Assembly: GCA_013698095.1 (NCBI GenBank)
Contig: JACCVQ010000120.1
Location: 2,350-66,349 of the forward strand
Length of the DNA: 64,000 nucleotides
Source: Chloroflexota bacterium
GTDB lineage: Bacteria; Chloroflexota; Limnocylindria; Limnocylindrales; CSP1-4
Reading direction: 5' to 3'
Below the pieces are notes generated by a model. The model searched no databases, was not told where the DNA came from, and saw only the letters and a program-made list of their open reading frames with translations. Below, in pieces: positions 53,070 through 63,192 of this stretch; the first letter of the stretch is position 1; the number at the start of each line of letters is the position of its first letter. The translations under genes were made by a program, and so were the position numbers.

Positions 53070-54217
53070 CGGACGCCCGCTACCGGATCGCGACGATCCC
53101 CGGCGATGGCGTCGGGCCGGACGTGGTCGCGGCGGCGTGCCGGGTCGTCGACACGGCCGGCGCCCAATTCGGGTTCACGGTCGACTGGTCGGAGCACCTG
53201 GCCGGCGGCGCGGCCATCGACGAATACGGTGTCGCCATCCGGCCCGAGGACGTCGAGGCCTGCGGCACCGCCGACGCGATCCTCCTCGGCGCCGTCGGCG
53301 GTCCGACGTGGTCCGATCCGTCGGCAACAGTCCGGCCGGAGCAGGCGCTCTTCGCCCTGCGTGGCGGCCTGGGGCTCTACGCGAACCTCCGGCCGGTCAG
53401 CGTCCACCCGGCGCTGATCGCCTCCTCGCCGCTTCGTCCGGAGCTCCTCGCCGGCGTCGACCTGCTGATCGTCCGTGAGCTCACCGGCGGCGTCTACTTC
53501 GGCGCGCGGGAGGAGCCGGCCGGTGCACCCGGCTCACGGCGCGCGGTCGACACGATGCCGTACGCCGAGCACGAGATCCGGCGCGTCGTCGAGCTGGCGT
53601 TCCAGTTGGCCGCCGATCGGCGCGGTAACGTCATGTCGGTCGACAAGGCCAACGTCCTCGCTACCTCGCGCCTCTGGCGGACGGTCGCGACCGAGGTCGG
53701 CGCGGAGTGGCCAAGCGTCACCCTGGCTCATCAGCTCGTCGACTCGTGCGCGATGCTCCTGGTCCGTCGCCCCGCCGACTTCGACGTGGTCGTCACCGAG
53801 AACCTCTTCGGCGACATCCTGTCCGACGAGGCTGCGGTTCTGGCTGGGAGCCTGGGCATGCTGCCGTCGGCATCGCTTGGCGAGCGGCGCGCGGAGCACG
53901 GCATCTTCGGCCTGTACGAGCCGATCCATGGCTCGGCCCCGGACATCGCGGGCCGTGATCTCGCCAACCCGATCGGAACGATCCTGTCGGCGGCGATGCT
54001 CCTCCGCCTGTCGCTGGGCCGCGAGGATGCAGCGGCGGCACTCGAGGCCGCTGTCAGCGACACGCTGGATGCCGGCTTCAGGACCGCCGACCTGATGCCG
54101 CCCGGCGGCGACACGGCCGGCCTGAACCAGGTCGGGACGCAGGGGATGACGGGGGCGATCGTGGACCGGATCGCGATTCCGGAGGCTGCGCGGGAGACCG
54201 CCGCAGCCCGTCCGTGA
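53066..54217 (+). CDS. leuB: 3-isopropylmalate dehydrogenase
   Basis: NLFGDILSDEAA motif; overlaps the leuA stop. Confidence 0.9.
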   Translation: MTDARYRIATIPGDGVGPDVVAAACRVVDTAGAQFGFTVDWSEHLAGGAAIDEYGVAIRPEDVEACGTADAILLGAVGGPTWSDPSATVRPEQALFALRGGLGLYANLRPVSVHPALIASSPLRPELLAGVDLLIVRELTGGVYFGAREEPAGAPGSRRAVDTMPYAEHEIRRVVELAFQLAADRRGNVMSVDKANVLATSRLWRTVATEVGAEWPSVTLAHQLVDSCAMLLVRRPADFDVVVTENLFGDILSDEAAVLAGSLGMLPSASLGERRAEHGIFGLYEPIHGSAPDIAGRDLANPIGTILSAAMLLRLSLGREDAAAALEAAVSDTLDAGFRTADLMPPGGDTAGLNQVGTQGMTGAIVDRIAIPEAARETAAARP

Positions 54218-54254
54218 TCGACCTGGTCCGTTTCCTCACCAAAGGTTCCCGCCG

Positions 54255-55952
54255 ATGACGACGAATTCCGTCCCAGACCGACCCGTCACCCTCTACGACA
54301 CGACCCTCCGCGACGGCACCCAGGGTGAGAACGTCACCCTGAGCCTCGCCGACAAGCTCCGGATCGCCAGGATGCTCGACGAGTACGGGATGCCCTACAT
54401 CGAGGGCGGCTGGCCGGGCTCCAATCCAAAGGACATCGAGTTCTTCAAGGCCGCCCGGGGCATGACGTGGCAGACCGCGAAGCTGGCGGCGTTCGGGTCT
54501 ACCCGCCACCGCTCGAACACCGCCGCCAACGACCCAAATTTGCGCGAGCTCGTCGCGGCCGAGACGCCGGTCGTGACGATCTTCGGCAAGAGCTGGCTGC
54601 TCCACGTGGTCGAGGTCCTCGGCGCGACGCCCCAGGAGAACCTCGACATGGTCGCGGACTCGGTCCGGTTCATTGTCGAGCGCGGCCGCGAGCTGATCTA
54701 CGACGCCGAGCACTTCTTCGATGGCTATCGCGACGATCGGGACTACGCCCTGGCGACGCTCCGGGCCGCCCGCCAGGCTGGTGCCCGGACCCTCGTCCTG
54801 TGCGACACCAACGGCGGCACCCTGACCGACGAGCTGGTCACGATCGTGACCGACGTCCGCGGCGCGCTCGAGGGCGACACCGAGGCGGCGGGCGGCGGAG
54901 CGCCCGTCGAGTGGGGGATCCACACCCACAACGACGCCGAGCTTGCGGTCGCCAACTCGATGGCCGCGGTGGCTGCAGGCGTGCGCCACGTCCAGGCAAC
55001 GATCAACGGCTACGGCGAGCGCGCCGGCAACGCGAACATGGTCTCGATCCTGGCCAATCTGGCGCTCAAGACCGCGCACAAGCTCGTGCCCGCCGGTGGC
55101 GGCGCTCTGGAGGGCCTGACCGAGCTCAGTCGATCGGTCGCCGAGATCGCCAACCTCAACCCGAACGATTGGCAGCCCTACGTCGGCCGGTCGGCTTTCG
55201 CCCACAAGGGCGGCGTCCACGGCGCCGCCGTCGCCAAGGTCGAGCGGAGCTACCAGCACATCGACCCGACCGCCGTCGGCAATGCCGGGCGGCTCGTCGT
55301 GTCGGAGCTGGGCGGCCGGGCGAACACGCGCATCCGCGCGGAGCAGCTCGGACACCAGCTCGAGGGCGTGATCGACCCGAAGGTCCTGAGCGATCTGATC
55401 AAGCAACTCGAGTCGGAGGGCCTCGCCTTCGAGGGCGCCGAAGCCAGCTTCGAGCTCCTGATCCGCCGTCACCAATCGGACTACCGCGCCCCGTTCACGA
55501 TCCTCGACTACACCTGCCTCGTCGAGCAGCGCGCGGGCCGCGAGCTCCTCGCCGAGGCGACGGTCAAGGTCCAGGTCGACGGAGAGATCCTCCACACCGC
55601 GGCCGACGGGAACGGCCCGGTCAACGCCCTCGACGCGGCGCTCCGGAAGGCGCTCCGGGCCTTCTATCCCCAGCTCGACCTCGTCCATCTCTACGACTAC
55701 AAGGTCCGGATCCTCGACGGCGACTCGGCAACGGCTGCCCGGACCCGGGTGATCATCGATTCGTCGAACGGGACGCTCGAGTGGTCCACGATGGGCAGCG
55801 ACACGAACATCATCGCGGCGTCGGCCCAGGCCCTCGCCGACTCGCTCGAATACGCGATCTGGAAATCGGGCGGCGAGCTCCTTCGCCGCGACGAACGACA
55901 TTTCACGACGGCGTCGGCGTCCACCGCGGCGACGTCCACGACCGGGAGGTAA
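54255..55952 (+). CDS. cimA: (R)-citramalate synthase / LeuA-family transferase
   Basis: LYDTTLRDGTQ, GGWPGSNPKD, HTHNDAELAVAN, and a C-terminal GNGPVNA regulatory domain. Confidence 0.8.
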   Translation: MTTNSVPDRPVTLYDTTLRDGTQGENVTLSLADKLRIARMLDEYGMPYIEGGWPGSNPKDIEFFKAARGMTWQTAKLAAFGSTRHRSNTAANDPNLRELVAAETPVVTIFGKSWLLHVVEVLGATPQENLDMVADSVRFIVERGRELIYDAEHFFDGYRDDRDYALATLRAARQAGARTLVLCDTNGGTLTDELVTIVTDVRGALEGDTEAAGGGAPVEWGIHTHNDAELAVANSMAAVAAGVRHVQATINGYGERAGNANMVSILANLALKTAHKLVPAGGGALEGLTELSRSVAEIANLNPNDWQPYVGRSAFAHKGGVHGAAVAKVERSYQHIDPTAVGNAGRLVVSELGGRANTRIRAEQLGHQLEGVIDPKVLSDLIKQLESEGLAFEGAEASFELLIRRHQSDYRAPFTILDYTCLVEQRAGRELLAEATVKVQVDGEILHTAADGNGPVNALDAALRKALRAFYPQLDLVHLYDYKVRILDGDSATAARTRVIIDSSNGTLEWSTMGSDTNIIAASAQALADSLEYAIWKSGGELLRRDERHFTTASASTAATSTTGR

Positions 55953-55955
55953 CCG

Positions 55956-56522
55956 ATGGCCGCCGACAGCTCCACAGCCACCCAGCGTCCCGCCGGCGAC
56001 TCGGCAGATACCCTCCACCTCGCCCGCTGGACCGTCACGTCCGGCTCGAACGCGAACTCACGCGGCGCCGTCGTCATCTCTGCCGGCGATCACCAGTGGG
56101 AGGCGTCCGCGGAGGGCAACGGCGCGATCGATGCCCTGTTCCGGGCGGTTGACGGCGCCCTCAAGGACGTTCTCACCGGGCATCCGCGGCTGGTCGGGTA
56201 CGTGGTCCGCGCACTCGGCGACGCGCCCGACGCGGAAGGCCGGGTCACGATCACGATCGCCCCGCCCGACGGGGCGGAGGGCGCCCGGGCGAGCGGACGC
56301 TACAAGGGCGAGATCACCTCGACGAACATCATCGCGGCCTCGATCGAGGCCTACATCGATGCGATCAACGAGCTCCTGGCCGAGGAGCACTGGCAGGGCG
56401 CGACCGAGACGGCCGGCAACCGCAAGCGGGCCAAGGTCAGCGAGCCGACCGCCAAGGCCCAGCGGGCCGAGCTGGATGAGGAAGCCGGCCGGATCGACAC
56501 GACCGACTGGTTCAATCATTAG
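55956..56522 (+). CDS. stand-alone LeuA allosteric/dimerisation-domain protein (no catalytic barrel)
   Basis: ASAEGNGAIDALFRAVDGAL resembles the C-terminal regulatory domain of LeuA and CimA. ATG 4 nt after the cimA stop. Confidence 0.55.
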   Translation: MAADSSTATQRPAGDSADTLHLARWTVTSGSNANSRGAVVISAGDHQWEASAEGNGAIDALFRAVDGALKDVLTGHPRLVGYVVRALGDAPDAEGRVTITIAPPDGAEGARASGRYKGEITSTNIIAASIEAYIDAINELLAEEHWQGATETAGNRKRAKVSEPTAKAQRAELDEEAGRIDTTDWFNH

Positions 56523-56820
56523 GGTCGGCGGGCGCCCAGTGCCGCGCAGCCCGGATCCGGCGCCGCTCGGGCAAACGACAGCCACAGGCGCACAACGCAC
56601 CCGCGGGCGGGCGAAAACGTCGCTCCGATCGGTCATCTGCCGTCACGGCTGTCATCTGAGCGAGATTCGATCCCGGATGCTGCCCGCGGACGTCCTTCGG
56701 GCGCCGAAGGCAATGGTGACTGTCGTATGAGTGTCAGCCGGCGTTGGCGGCCCGGCACGTCTCGGGCCCCGCGCGCCGCCCGACCGCGCCGCCCCGACCG
56801 GATCGAGGACACTTCGCGTG

Positions 56821-57678
56821 ATGAGCGACACCAGCGCAGTCGTCTACCAGGGAGAACCCGGCGCCTTCTCGGAGGAGGCGGCGATCGGCTTCTTCGCGGA
56901 CGGTCGCGGGCGCACCGCCGTGCCGACGTGGCGATCCGTGTTCGAGGCGGTCGCCGACGGGACGGCCGGGGCGGGGGTTGTCGCGATCGAGAGTTCGCTG
57001 GCCGGCACGATCCGCGAGACGTACGACCTGCTCGCCGAGTTCTACGATCGCGACGTCCGGATCGTCGGTGAGGTCACGGTTCCGGTCCGGCTTGCGCTCC
57101 TTGCGCTGCCCGGCCAATCGATCGAGTCGATCGACCGCGTCTACAGCCACGCCCAGGCTCTGGTCCAGGCCGATGCCTTCCTGCGTTCCCGATCCTGGGA
57201 GGTCATGACGACCTACAACACCGCGGGCGCGGCCCGGATGATCGCCGAGCGGGACGAGAGGCGCGCGGCCGCGATCGCATCGCCCCGCGTGGCTGATCTG
57301 TACGGACTCGAGATTTTGGCCGCCGATGTCCAGTCGGGCGAGGAGAACCGGACCCGGTTTGCGGTGCTCGCCCGGGACGCCGAGGGTGCGCTCGGTCCGA
57401 AGGATCTCGACGGCCCGCGCAAGACGACGCTCGTGTTCGCGGTCCGCAACGTCCCGGGCTCGCTCCATCGCTGCCTGGGCGCCTTCGCGGCGCGTGGCGT
57501 CAACCTCTCGTCGCTGGAATCGCGGCCCGCCCGGCGCGCCCGCTGGGAATACGTGTTCTGGGTCGACGTCGACGCCGGGGTCGACGATCCGGCGTGCGCT
57601 GCCGCCCTGGGCGACCTCCGCGCGGAGACGGAGATGGTCCGCGTCCTCGGCTCCTATACGCGCGCGATCGACGCCTGA
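56821..57678 (+). CDS. pheA: prephenate dehydratase
   Basis: PDT domain (VVYQGEPGAFSE...ESRP) and C-terminal ACT domain. Confidence 0.85.
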   Translation: MSDTSAVVYQGEPGAFSEEAAIGFFADGRGRTAVPTWRSVFEAVADGTAGAGVVAIESSLAGTIRETYDLLAEFYDRDVRIVGEVTVPVRLALLALPGQSIESIDRVYSHAQALVQADAFLRSRSWEVMTTYNTAGAARMIAERDERRAAAIASPRVADLYGLEILAADVQSGEENRTRFAVLARDAEGALGPKDLDGPRKTTLVFAVRNVPGSLHRCLGAFAARGVNLSSLESRPARRARWEYVFWVDVDAGVDDPACAAALGDLRAETEMVRVLGSYTRAIDA

Positions 57679-57708
57679 CGGATCACGCCACCGGCTGGCG
57701 CAGGATCT

Positions 57709-58104
57709 TCAGATCGCGCTGGCGCAGGCGCGGCGCTTCGAGGCGTCGAGGGCGTTCGGCTCCTTGCAGAACGGGCAGGTCTTCACCTCCGGTGCCTCCT
57801 CTTCCTTGATGAGCATCCTGCTGATCTTGAACACGACGAAGGCGATCACGATGAAGGCGATGACCGAGTTGACGAAGGCTCCCCAGCGGATGGCGACCTC
57901 GGTGGCCGGGTCGGCGCCCGCCGCAGCCTTCAGGACGAACGTGAGATTGGCGAAGTCGACGCCTCCGAAGAGGGCGCCAACCGGCGGCATGATGATGTCG
58001 TTGACGAGGGAGTTCACGACGGTCCCGAGTGCCGTCCCGATGATCACGCCGATGGCCAGGGCCAGGGCGTTGGTCTTGAGGAGGAAACCTCGGAACTCGG
58101 ACAC
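57709..58104 (-). CDS. mscL: large-conductance mechanosensitive channel with a Cys-containing C-terminal tail
   Basis: FLLKTNALALAIGVIIGTALG...IIMPPVG signature. GTG start after a GGAGG RBS. Tail TCPFCKEPNALDASKRRACASAI. Confidence 0.8.
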   Translation of the reverse strand: MSEFRGFLLKTNALALAIGVIIGTALGTVVNSLVNDIIMPPVGALFGGVDFANLTFVLKAAAGADPATEVAIRWGAFVNSVIAFIVIAFVVFKISRMLIKEEEAPEVKTCPFCKEPNALDASKRRACASAI

Positions 58105-58132
58105 CACGGGCGAGGCCCTCCCTGCACGCCGA

Positions 58133-58546
58133 CTAGTGGCTGACGACCTTGGCCAGGCGGCCTGCCTCGGCGATCCACCCCGCGATCGTGGCCTCGCCCG
58201 GGATCTGGCGGATCCAGTTCGGGCGCGCCGCATCGAGCTCCTTGAAGGTGGTCGCGAGGTTGCCGGCGTTGCGCTGGGCGAGCTCTGCGCAGGAGTCGAC
58301 GCCGGCCGCCTCGAGCAGGTCGGCGTACTCGGATCCGACCCCATCGAGCCGCATCAGGTCGGCGTGGTTGACCCATTCGAGGAGCAGCCGCCCGGAGATC
58401 CCGGTCGCCTCGGACAGCTTGTCGCGTCCGGCGCCGGTCGCCGCGCGCTCCATGAGATCGTCGGTCGTGACCACGCCGGCTGCCGTCAATGTTGCTGCGA
58501 AGGTCGCTCCGATCCCCTCGACATCCTCGATCTTCATGCCCTTCAT
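58133..58546 (-). CDS. DUF4332-like helix-hairpin-helix domain protein
   Basis: IEDVEGIGATFAATLTAAGV and LDGVGSEYADLLEAAGVDS HhH-like repeats. Lies upstream of mscL. Confidence 0.55.
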   Translation of the reverse strand: MKGMKIEDVEGIGATFAATLTAAGVVTTDDLMERAATGAGRDKLSEATGISGRLLLEWVNHADLMRLDGVGSEYADLLEAAGVDSCAELAQRNAGNLATTFKELDAARPNWIRQIPGEATIAGWIAEAGRLAKVVSH

Positions 58547-58632
58547 CCTCCATCAACTGCCGGGTCGCCGTCGCGGCCGATGGTACGCTTCGGGACCCCA
58601 CGCCACCCGCCCCGATCTGTGCTGGAGCGACG

Positions 58633-60300
58633 ATGGACCAGGCCTTCCGCGACGAGATGACCGCAGGCTACACGCTCGCCGAGCCGGCCCTGACGATCGG
58701 CAGTCCGATGCTCGATGGCGAGCTGTTCAACGCCAGCCGGGTCCAGATCGCGCTGTCGATGATGAACCGCCACGGTCTGATCGCCGGCGCCACCGGGACG
58801 GGCAAGACCAAGACCCTCCAGCTCCTCGCCGGCGAGCTGTCGCAAGCCGGCGTTCCGGTCTTCATCTCCGACATCAAGGGCGACGTGACCGGGATCGCGC
58901 TGCCTGGCGACGCGGCGAACCCGAAGGTCGTCGAGCGGATGGCGTCACTCGAAGCGCCGTTCGTGGCCGCGGGCCATCCGGTCGAATTTCTGTCCCTGTC
59001 GGGCAAGCTCGGGGCACAGGTCCGGGCGACGGTCCACAGCTTCGGGCCGTTGCTCCTCGGCAAGGTCCTCGGCCTGAACGAGACGCAGACGTCGATCCTG
59101 TCCCTGATCTTCAAGTACTGCGACGACAACGACCTGCCGCTGCTCGACTTGCCCGATCTGGCGACGACCCTGAAGTTCCTGGCATCCGACGAGGGCAAGC
59201 CGATCCTGGCCGACTACGGCGGGATGTCGTCGGCCTCGGTCGGCGTCCTCCTCCGCTCGATCATCGTCCTCGAGCAGGCCGGGGCGGATACGTTCTTCGG
59301 CGAGCCCGAGTTCCAGGTTGGCGACCTGCTCCGAACGACCGCCGATGGCGCCGGGATCATCTCGGTTCTCGAGCTCCGCGACGTCATGGACCAGCCGAGC
59401 CTGTTCAGCACGTTCATGCTCTGGATGCTGGCCCAGCTGTACGAGACGCTGCCCGAGGTCGGCGACCTGCCCAAGCCGAAGCTGTGCTTCTTCTTCGACG
59501 AGGCGCACCTCCTCTTCGACGGCGCATCCGAGGCGCTTCTCGACCAGATCGAGCGGACGGTCCGGCTGATCCGCTCGAAGGGCGTGGGGGTCTTCTTCGT
59601 GACCCAGGCGCCAACCGACGTCCCGTCGTCTGTCCTCGCCCAGCTCGGCAATCGCGTCCAGCACGCGCTCCGGGCGTTCACCCCCGATGACGCCGACGCG
59701 CTGCGCAAGACCGCCCGGACCTTCCCGATGACGAGCCACTACGATGTGGAGAAGACGATCACCTCGCTCGGGACAGGCGAGGCGCTGGTCACTGTCCTGT
59801 CGCCGAAGGGCGTTCCCTCGCCTCTGGCGGCGACGCGCCTCTTCGCCCCGGACTCGTTGATGGCGGCCCTCCCGGACGCAGACCTCCAGGGCCGGATCGC
59901 GGCCAGCTCGTTCAGCGCGAAGTACGGTGCGACGGTGGATCGCGAGAGCGCCCACGAGATGATCACCGCGCGACTGACGACGGCCAAGGCGGCGGCCGCC
60001 AATGCCGCTGCCCAGGAGGCGATCGCGGCCGGCGTGGCGCCGACGACCGCCGGCGGGCTCAACCAGATGACGCCCGCTCAGCAGCAACGCGAGATCCAGC
60101 GCCAGGCCCGCGAGATGGCCACTGCCCAGCGCGCCGCCGAGAAGGCCCGCGCGGCCGCCGAGCGCAGGGCCCGGGCCGACGCCAAGGAGCGCAACGCGAT
60201 GGTCAAGACCGGTGTGTCGACCGCCGGCCGGGTGATCACGTCGCGGGCCGGGCAGGACTTCCTGCGTGGCGTGTTCGGGACGCTGTTCGGCAAGAAGTAG
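58633..60300 (+). CDS. HerA-like / DUF853 family P-loop NTPase
   Basis: Walker A GATGTGKT, Walker B FFFDEAHLLF, and a C-terminal charged coiled-coil tail. Confidence 0.8.
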   Translation: MDQAFRDEMTAGYTLAEPALTIGSPMLDGELFNASRVQIALSMMNRHGLIAGATGTGKTKTLQLLAGELSQAGVPVFISDIKGDVTGIALPGDAANPKVVERMASLEAPFVAAGHPVEFLSLSGKLGAQVRATVHSFGPLLLGKVLGLNETQTSILSLIFKYCDDNDLPLLDLPDLATTLKFLASDEGKPILADYGGMSSASVGVLLRSIIVLEQAGADTFFGEPEFQVGDLLRTTADGAGIISVLELRDVMDQPSLFSTFMLWMLAQLYETLPEVGDLPKPKLCFFFDEAHLLFDGASEALLDQIERTVRLIRSKGVGVFFVTQAPTDVPSSVLAQLGNRVQHALRAFTPDDADALRKTARTFPMTSHYDVEKTITSLGTGEALVTVLSPKGVPSPLAATRLFAPDSLMAALPDADLQGRIAASSFSAKYGATVDRESAHEMITARLTTAKAAAANAAAQEAIAAGVAPTTAGGLNQMTPAQQQREIQRQAREMATAQRAAEKARAAAERRARADAKERNAMVKTGVSTAGRVITSRAGQDFLRGVFGTLFGKK

Positions 60301-60528
60301 GCTCGAGGCCGACGAATCTGGCCAACCAGTCATGGGTGGACTGTTGAGTCGGATTGTCGGGCGTCACGATGCTTCGTCGGGGCAGAATCAGCCGCCGAAG
60401 GCTAACGCGCGGACTATGCCGCGAACGCGACCGGCTCGGGGCTGATCCAGGCGGACGCGGCGATCGGCGCGACGCCGTAGCCCGCGCGGTGGTCGACGGC
60501 GATCACCGCGCCGAATCTGAGCCGCGAT

Positions 60529-60548
60529 CCCCGGGCGCATCCCCGGGG
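60529..60548. terminator. GC hairpin (ccccggg-cgcatc-cccgggg) between convergent genes, no U-tract
   Basis: Seven-bp perfect stem between the HerA-like (+) and ppk2 (-) 3' ends. Confidence 0.25.
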
Positions 60549-60559
60549 CTCGTCGGCGT

Positions 60560-61384
60560 CTACTCCACGGTGACGCCGGTCAGGTCCTCAGGGGGCTTCG
60601 GGTAGACGGGCTTGAGGGCGGCGATCGTGTCGCCCAGGATCTCGGTCACGGCGAGGTTCCGGAACCATTTCCGGTTGGCCGGGATCACGTACCACGGGGC
60701 GTGGTCCGTCGAGCATCGCTCGAGGGCCTCGTCATAGGCGGCGACGTACTCGTCCCAACGCTTGCGCTCGTCGAGGTCGCCGAGCCGGAACTTCCAACGC
60801 TTGTCCGGCTCGTCGAGGCGGGCCTGGAGACGCTCGCGCTGCTCATCCTTTGAGATCCACAGGAAGAACTTGACGATCGTCGTGCCCTCGTCGGCGAGCA
60901 TCTTCTCCCAGTCGTTGATGTGGTCGAACCGGCGCGACCAGCGCTCCTTGGGGACGATGTCGTGGACGCGGACGATCAGGACGTCCTCGTAATGCGACCG
61001 ATCGAAGACTCCGATCTCGCCCTTGCCCGGCGTCCGCTGGTGGATCCGCCAGAGGTAGTCGTGGGCGAGCTCGGGGGCGGTGGGGACCTTGAACGACGTG
61101 ACCGAGCAGCCGGCCGGCTGGAACGCGCCCATGACGTGTTTCAACGTCCCGCCCTTGCCCGCCGTGTCGATGCCCTGGAGGACGACGAGGACCGGGTGCT
61201 TCGCTTCGGCCCACAGCTTGTCCTGCAGCTCCGAGAGGCGCTCGAGTCCGGTCTGAAGAGTGGCCAGCGACGCTTCCTTGTCGCGACCGTGGGTTTCGGC
61301 GGGGTCGATGTCGGCGAGGCGGAATGTCGATCCGGGCTTCACGCGGAGCAGGTCGCGCAGCGGGCGGGATCGGGTGGGGCTCAT
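60560..61384 (-). CDS. ppk2: polyphosphate kinase 2 family (polyphosphate:nucleotide phosphotransferase)
   Basis: P-loop VVLQGIDTAGKGG and lid motifs. GAGGA RBS. Confidence 0.85.
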   Translation of the reverse strand: MSPTRSRPLRDLLRVKPGSTFRLADIDPAETHGRDKEASLATLQTGLERLSELQDKLWAEAKHPVLVVLQGIDTAGKGGTLKHVMGAFQPAGCSVTSFKVPTAPELAHDYLWRIHQRTPGKGEIGVFDRSHYEDVLIVRVHDIVPKERWSRRFDHINDWEKMLADEGTTIVKFFLWISKDEQRERLQARLDEPDKRWKFRLGDLDERKRWDEYVAAYDEALERCSTDHAPWYVIPANRKWFRNLAVTEILGDTIAALKPVYPKPPEDLTGVTVE

Positions 61385-61460
61385 CGGCTGGTCCTCGCGC
61401 GGGGCGTCGTCGGGGGCGCGCATAGAATGGCACGACGATCTCATTCGCAGGAGCTCCAGC

Positions 61461-62906
61461 ATGACCACCGCCACCGGCGCCAAGCCCCATCCAATCTTCC
61501 TCGCGGGCACGTGGGTGGAGTCGGACGACCCGCTGATCATTACCAACCCGGCCGACGCGGCCAACCCGGCCGGCTCCACGTTCCACGCGACCGAGGCCCA
61601 GTACGAACAGGCCGTCGAGGCCGCCGTCAAGGCATTCGACGTCACGAAGACCCTGCCGGCATACGAGCGGGGCGCGATCCTGCGCAACATCTCGAGCGGG
61701 ATCAAGGCCCGGCGCGAGGAGCTCGGGCGGCTGCTATCGCTCGAGGCCGGCAAGCCGATCCGCGACGCCCTGATCGAGGTCGATCGGGCCGTCATCACGT
61801 TCCGGCTGGGCGCGGAAGAGGCCGAGCGGATGGTCGGCGAGACGATCCCGCTCGACCTGATGCCGGCCTCGAAGGGCCGGATGGGCATCACACGCCGCTT
61901 CCCGATCGGGCCGATCGCGGCGATCAGCCCGTTCAACTTCCCGCTCAACCTGGCCGCCCACAAGGTCTCGCCCGCGATCGCCAGCGGCAACCCGATCGTG
62001 CTGAAGCCGCCGTCCAAGGATCCGCTCACGATGCTGACCGTGGCCGAGATCATCGAGGAGGCCGGCGCGCCCGCGGGTAGCGTCAGCGTCCTGCCGATGA
62101 GCCGCGAGCTCGGCGACCGGATGGTGTCGGACGATCGCTTCAAGCTCCTGACCTTCACCGGCTCGCCGTCGGTCGGCTGGCGGATGAAGGAGCGGGCCGG
62201 CAAGAAGAAGGTCGTCCTCGAGCTCGGCGGCAACGCCGGGGTGATCATCGACAAGAGCGCCGACCTCGACTGGGCCGTCAAGCGCTGCCTGACCGGCGCG
62301 TTTGCCTATGCGGGACAGGTCTGTATCAGTGTTCAGCGGATGTTCATCCACGAGGACGTCTGGGACGCGTTCATGGCGAAGTTCGTGGCCGGCACGAAGG
62401 GGCTGAAGGTCGGCGACCCGCTCGACCCGCGGACCGATGTCGGACCGATGGTCGACGAGAACGCGGCGTCGCGGACGCAGCGCTGGGTCGACGAGGCGCT
62501 GGCGGCCGGCGGCAAGGCCCTCGCGGGTGGCAAGGCCGACGGGACCTTCTTCCCGCCGACGATCCTGACCGACGTCCCGATGACGGCCCAGGTCTGCTCG
62601 AACGAGGCCTTTGCCCCGCTCGTCGTTGCCTTCCCGTTCCGCGACATCGACGACGCCATCGCCAGGGTCAACGACTCGATGTTCGGGCTCCAGACCGGGG
62701 TCTTCACGAACGATCTCGGCGCGGCCTGGCGGTCCTTCAATGAGCTCGAGGTGGGGGGCGTGATCGTCAACGACGTCCCGACCTACCGGACCGACCACAT
62801 GCCGTACGGCGGCGTCAAGGACTCAGGGCTCGGCCGCGAGGGGATCCGGTGGGCCATCGAGGACATGACCGAGGTCCGGATCATGGTCCTCGCCTGGCCG
62901 AGCTGA
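61461..62906 (+). CDS. NAD(P)-dependent aldehyde dehydrogenase
   Basis: ELGGNAG and catalytic Cys in GQVCISVQR. AGGAG RBS. Confidence 0.9.
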   Translation: MTTATGAKPHPIFLAGTWVESDDPLIITNPADAANPAGSTFHATEAQYEQAVEAAVKAFDVTKTLPAYERGAILRNISSGIKARREELGRLLSLEAGKPIRDALIEVDRAVITFRLGAEEAERMVGETIPLDLMPASKGRMGITRRFPIGPIAAISPFNFPLNLAAHKVSPAIASGNPIVLKPPSKDPLTMLTVAEIIEEAGAPAGSVSVLPMSRELGDRMVSDDRFKLLTFTGSPSVGWRMKERAGKKKVVLELGGNAGVIIDKSADLDWAVKRCLTGAFAYAGQVCISVQRMFIHEDVWDAFMAKFVAGTKGLKVGDPLDPRTDVGPMVDENAASRTQRWVDEALAAGGKALAGGKADGTFFPPTILTDVPMTAQVCSNEAFAPLVVAFPFRDIDDAIARVNDSMFGLQTGVFTNDLGAAWRSFNELEVGGVIVNDVPTYRTDHMPYGGVKDSGLGREGIRWAIEDMTEVRIMVLAWPS

Positions 62907-63192
62907 AAGCGGGTCCTGCGAAGCATCCCGTTTCCGGCGCGCGAGTTGGAGCCCGCGACCGGTGGTTGCACCCACATCACGTTGATCAGGCACCTTGATC
63001 AGCTCGAACTCGAGCACGCTCGGCGCTCGGGCGTTTCCGACACCATCGCGTCCAGACCGCAGCCGGCCGAGCGCGCCGAGGGCCAATCCGATCAACGAGT
63101 TTGATCAGCGCGCGCCGCCAGCCAGACGTCGCGTCGTCGCGCGAACCGGGACGGTCGGGTCCGCGTCCCGCCCGGCGGGTCATCCTCGGGTC

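Noticed and set aside
56632-56658. Direct repeat gtcatctg ... gtcatctg upstream of pheA, as a possible Phe leader or attenuator
   Set aside because: There is no Phe-codon-rich small ORF or terminator hairpin nearby; the repeat is short and could be chance.
58633-60300. HerA-like ATPase as the core of a phage-defence system
   Set aside because: There is no adjacent nuclease, Sir2, DUF4297 or NurA partner. It is flanked by mscL and ppk2, and DUF853-type HerA-like genes are common housekeeping singletons in actinobacteria.
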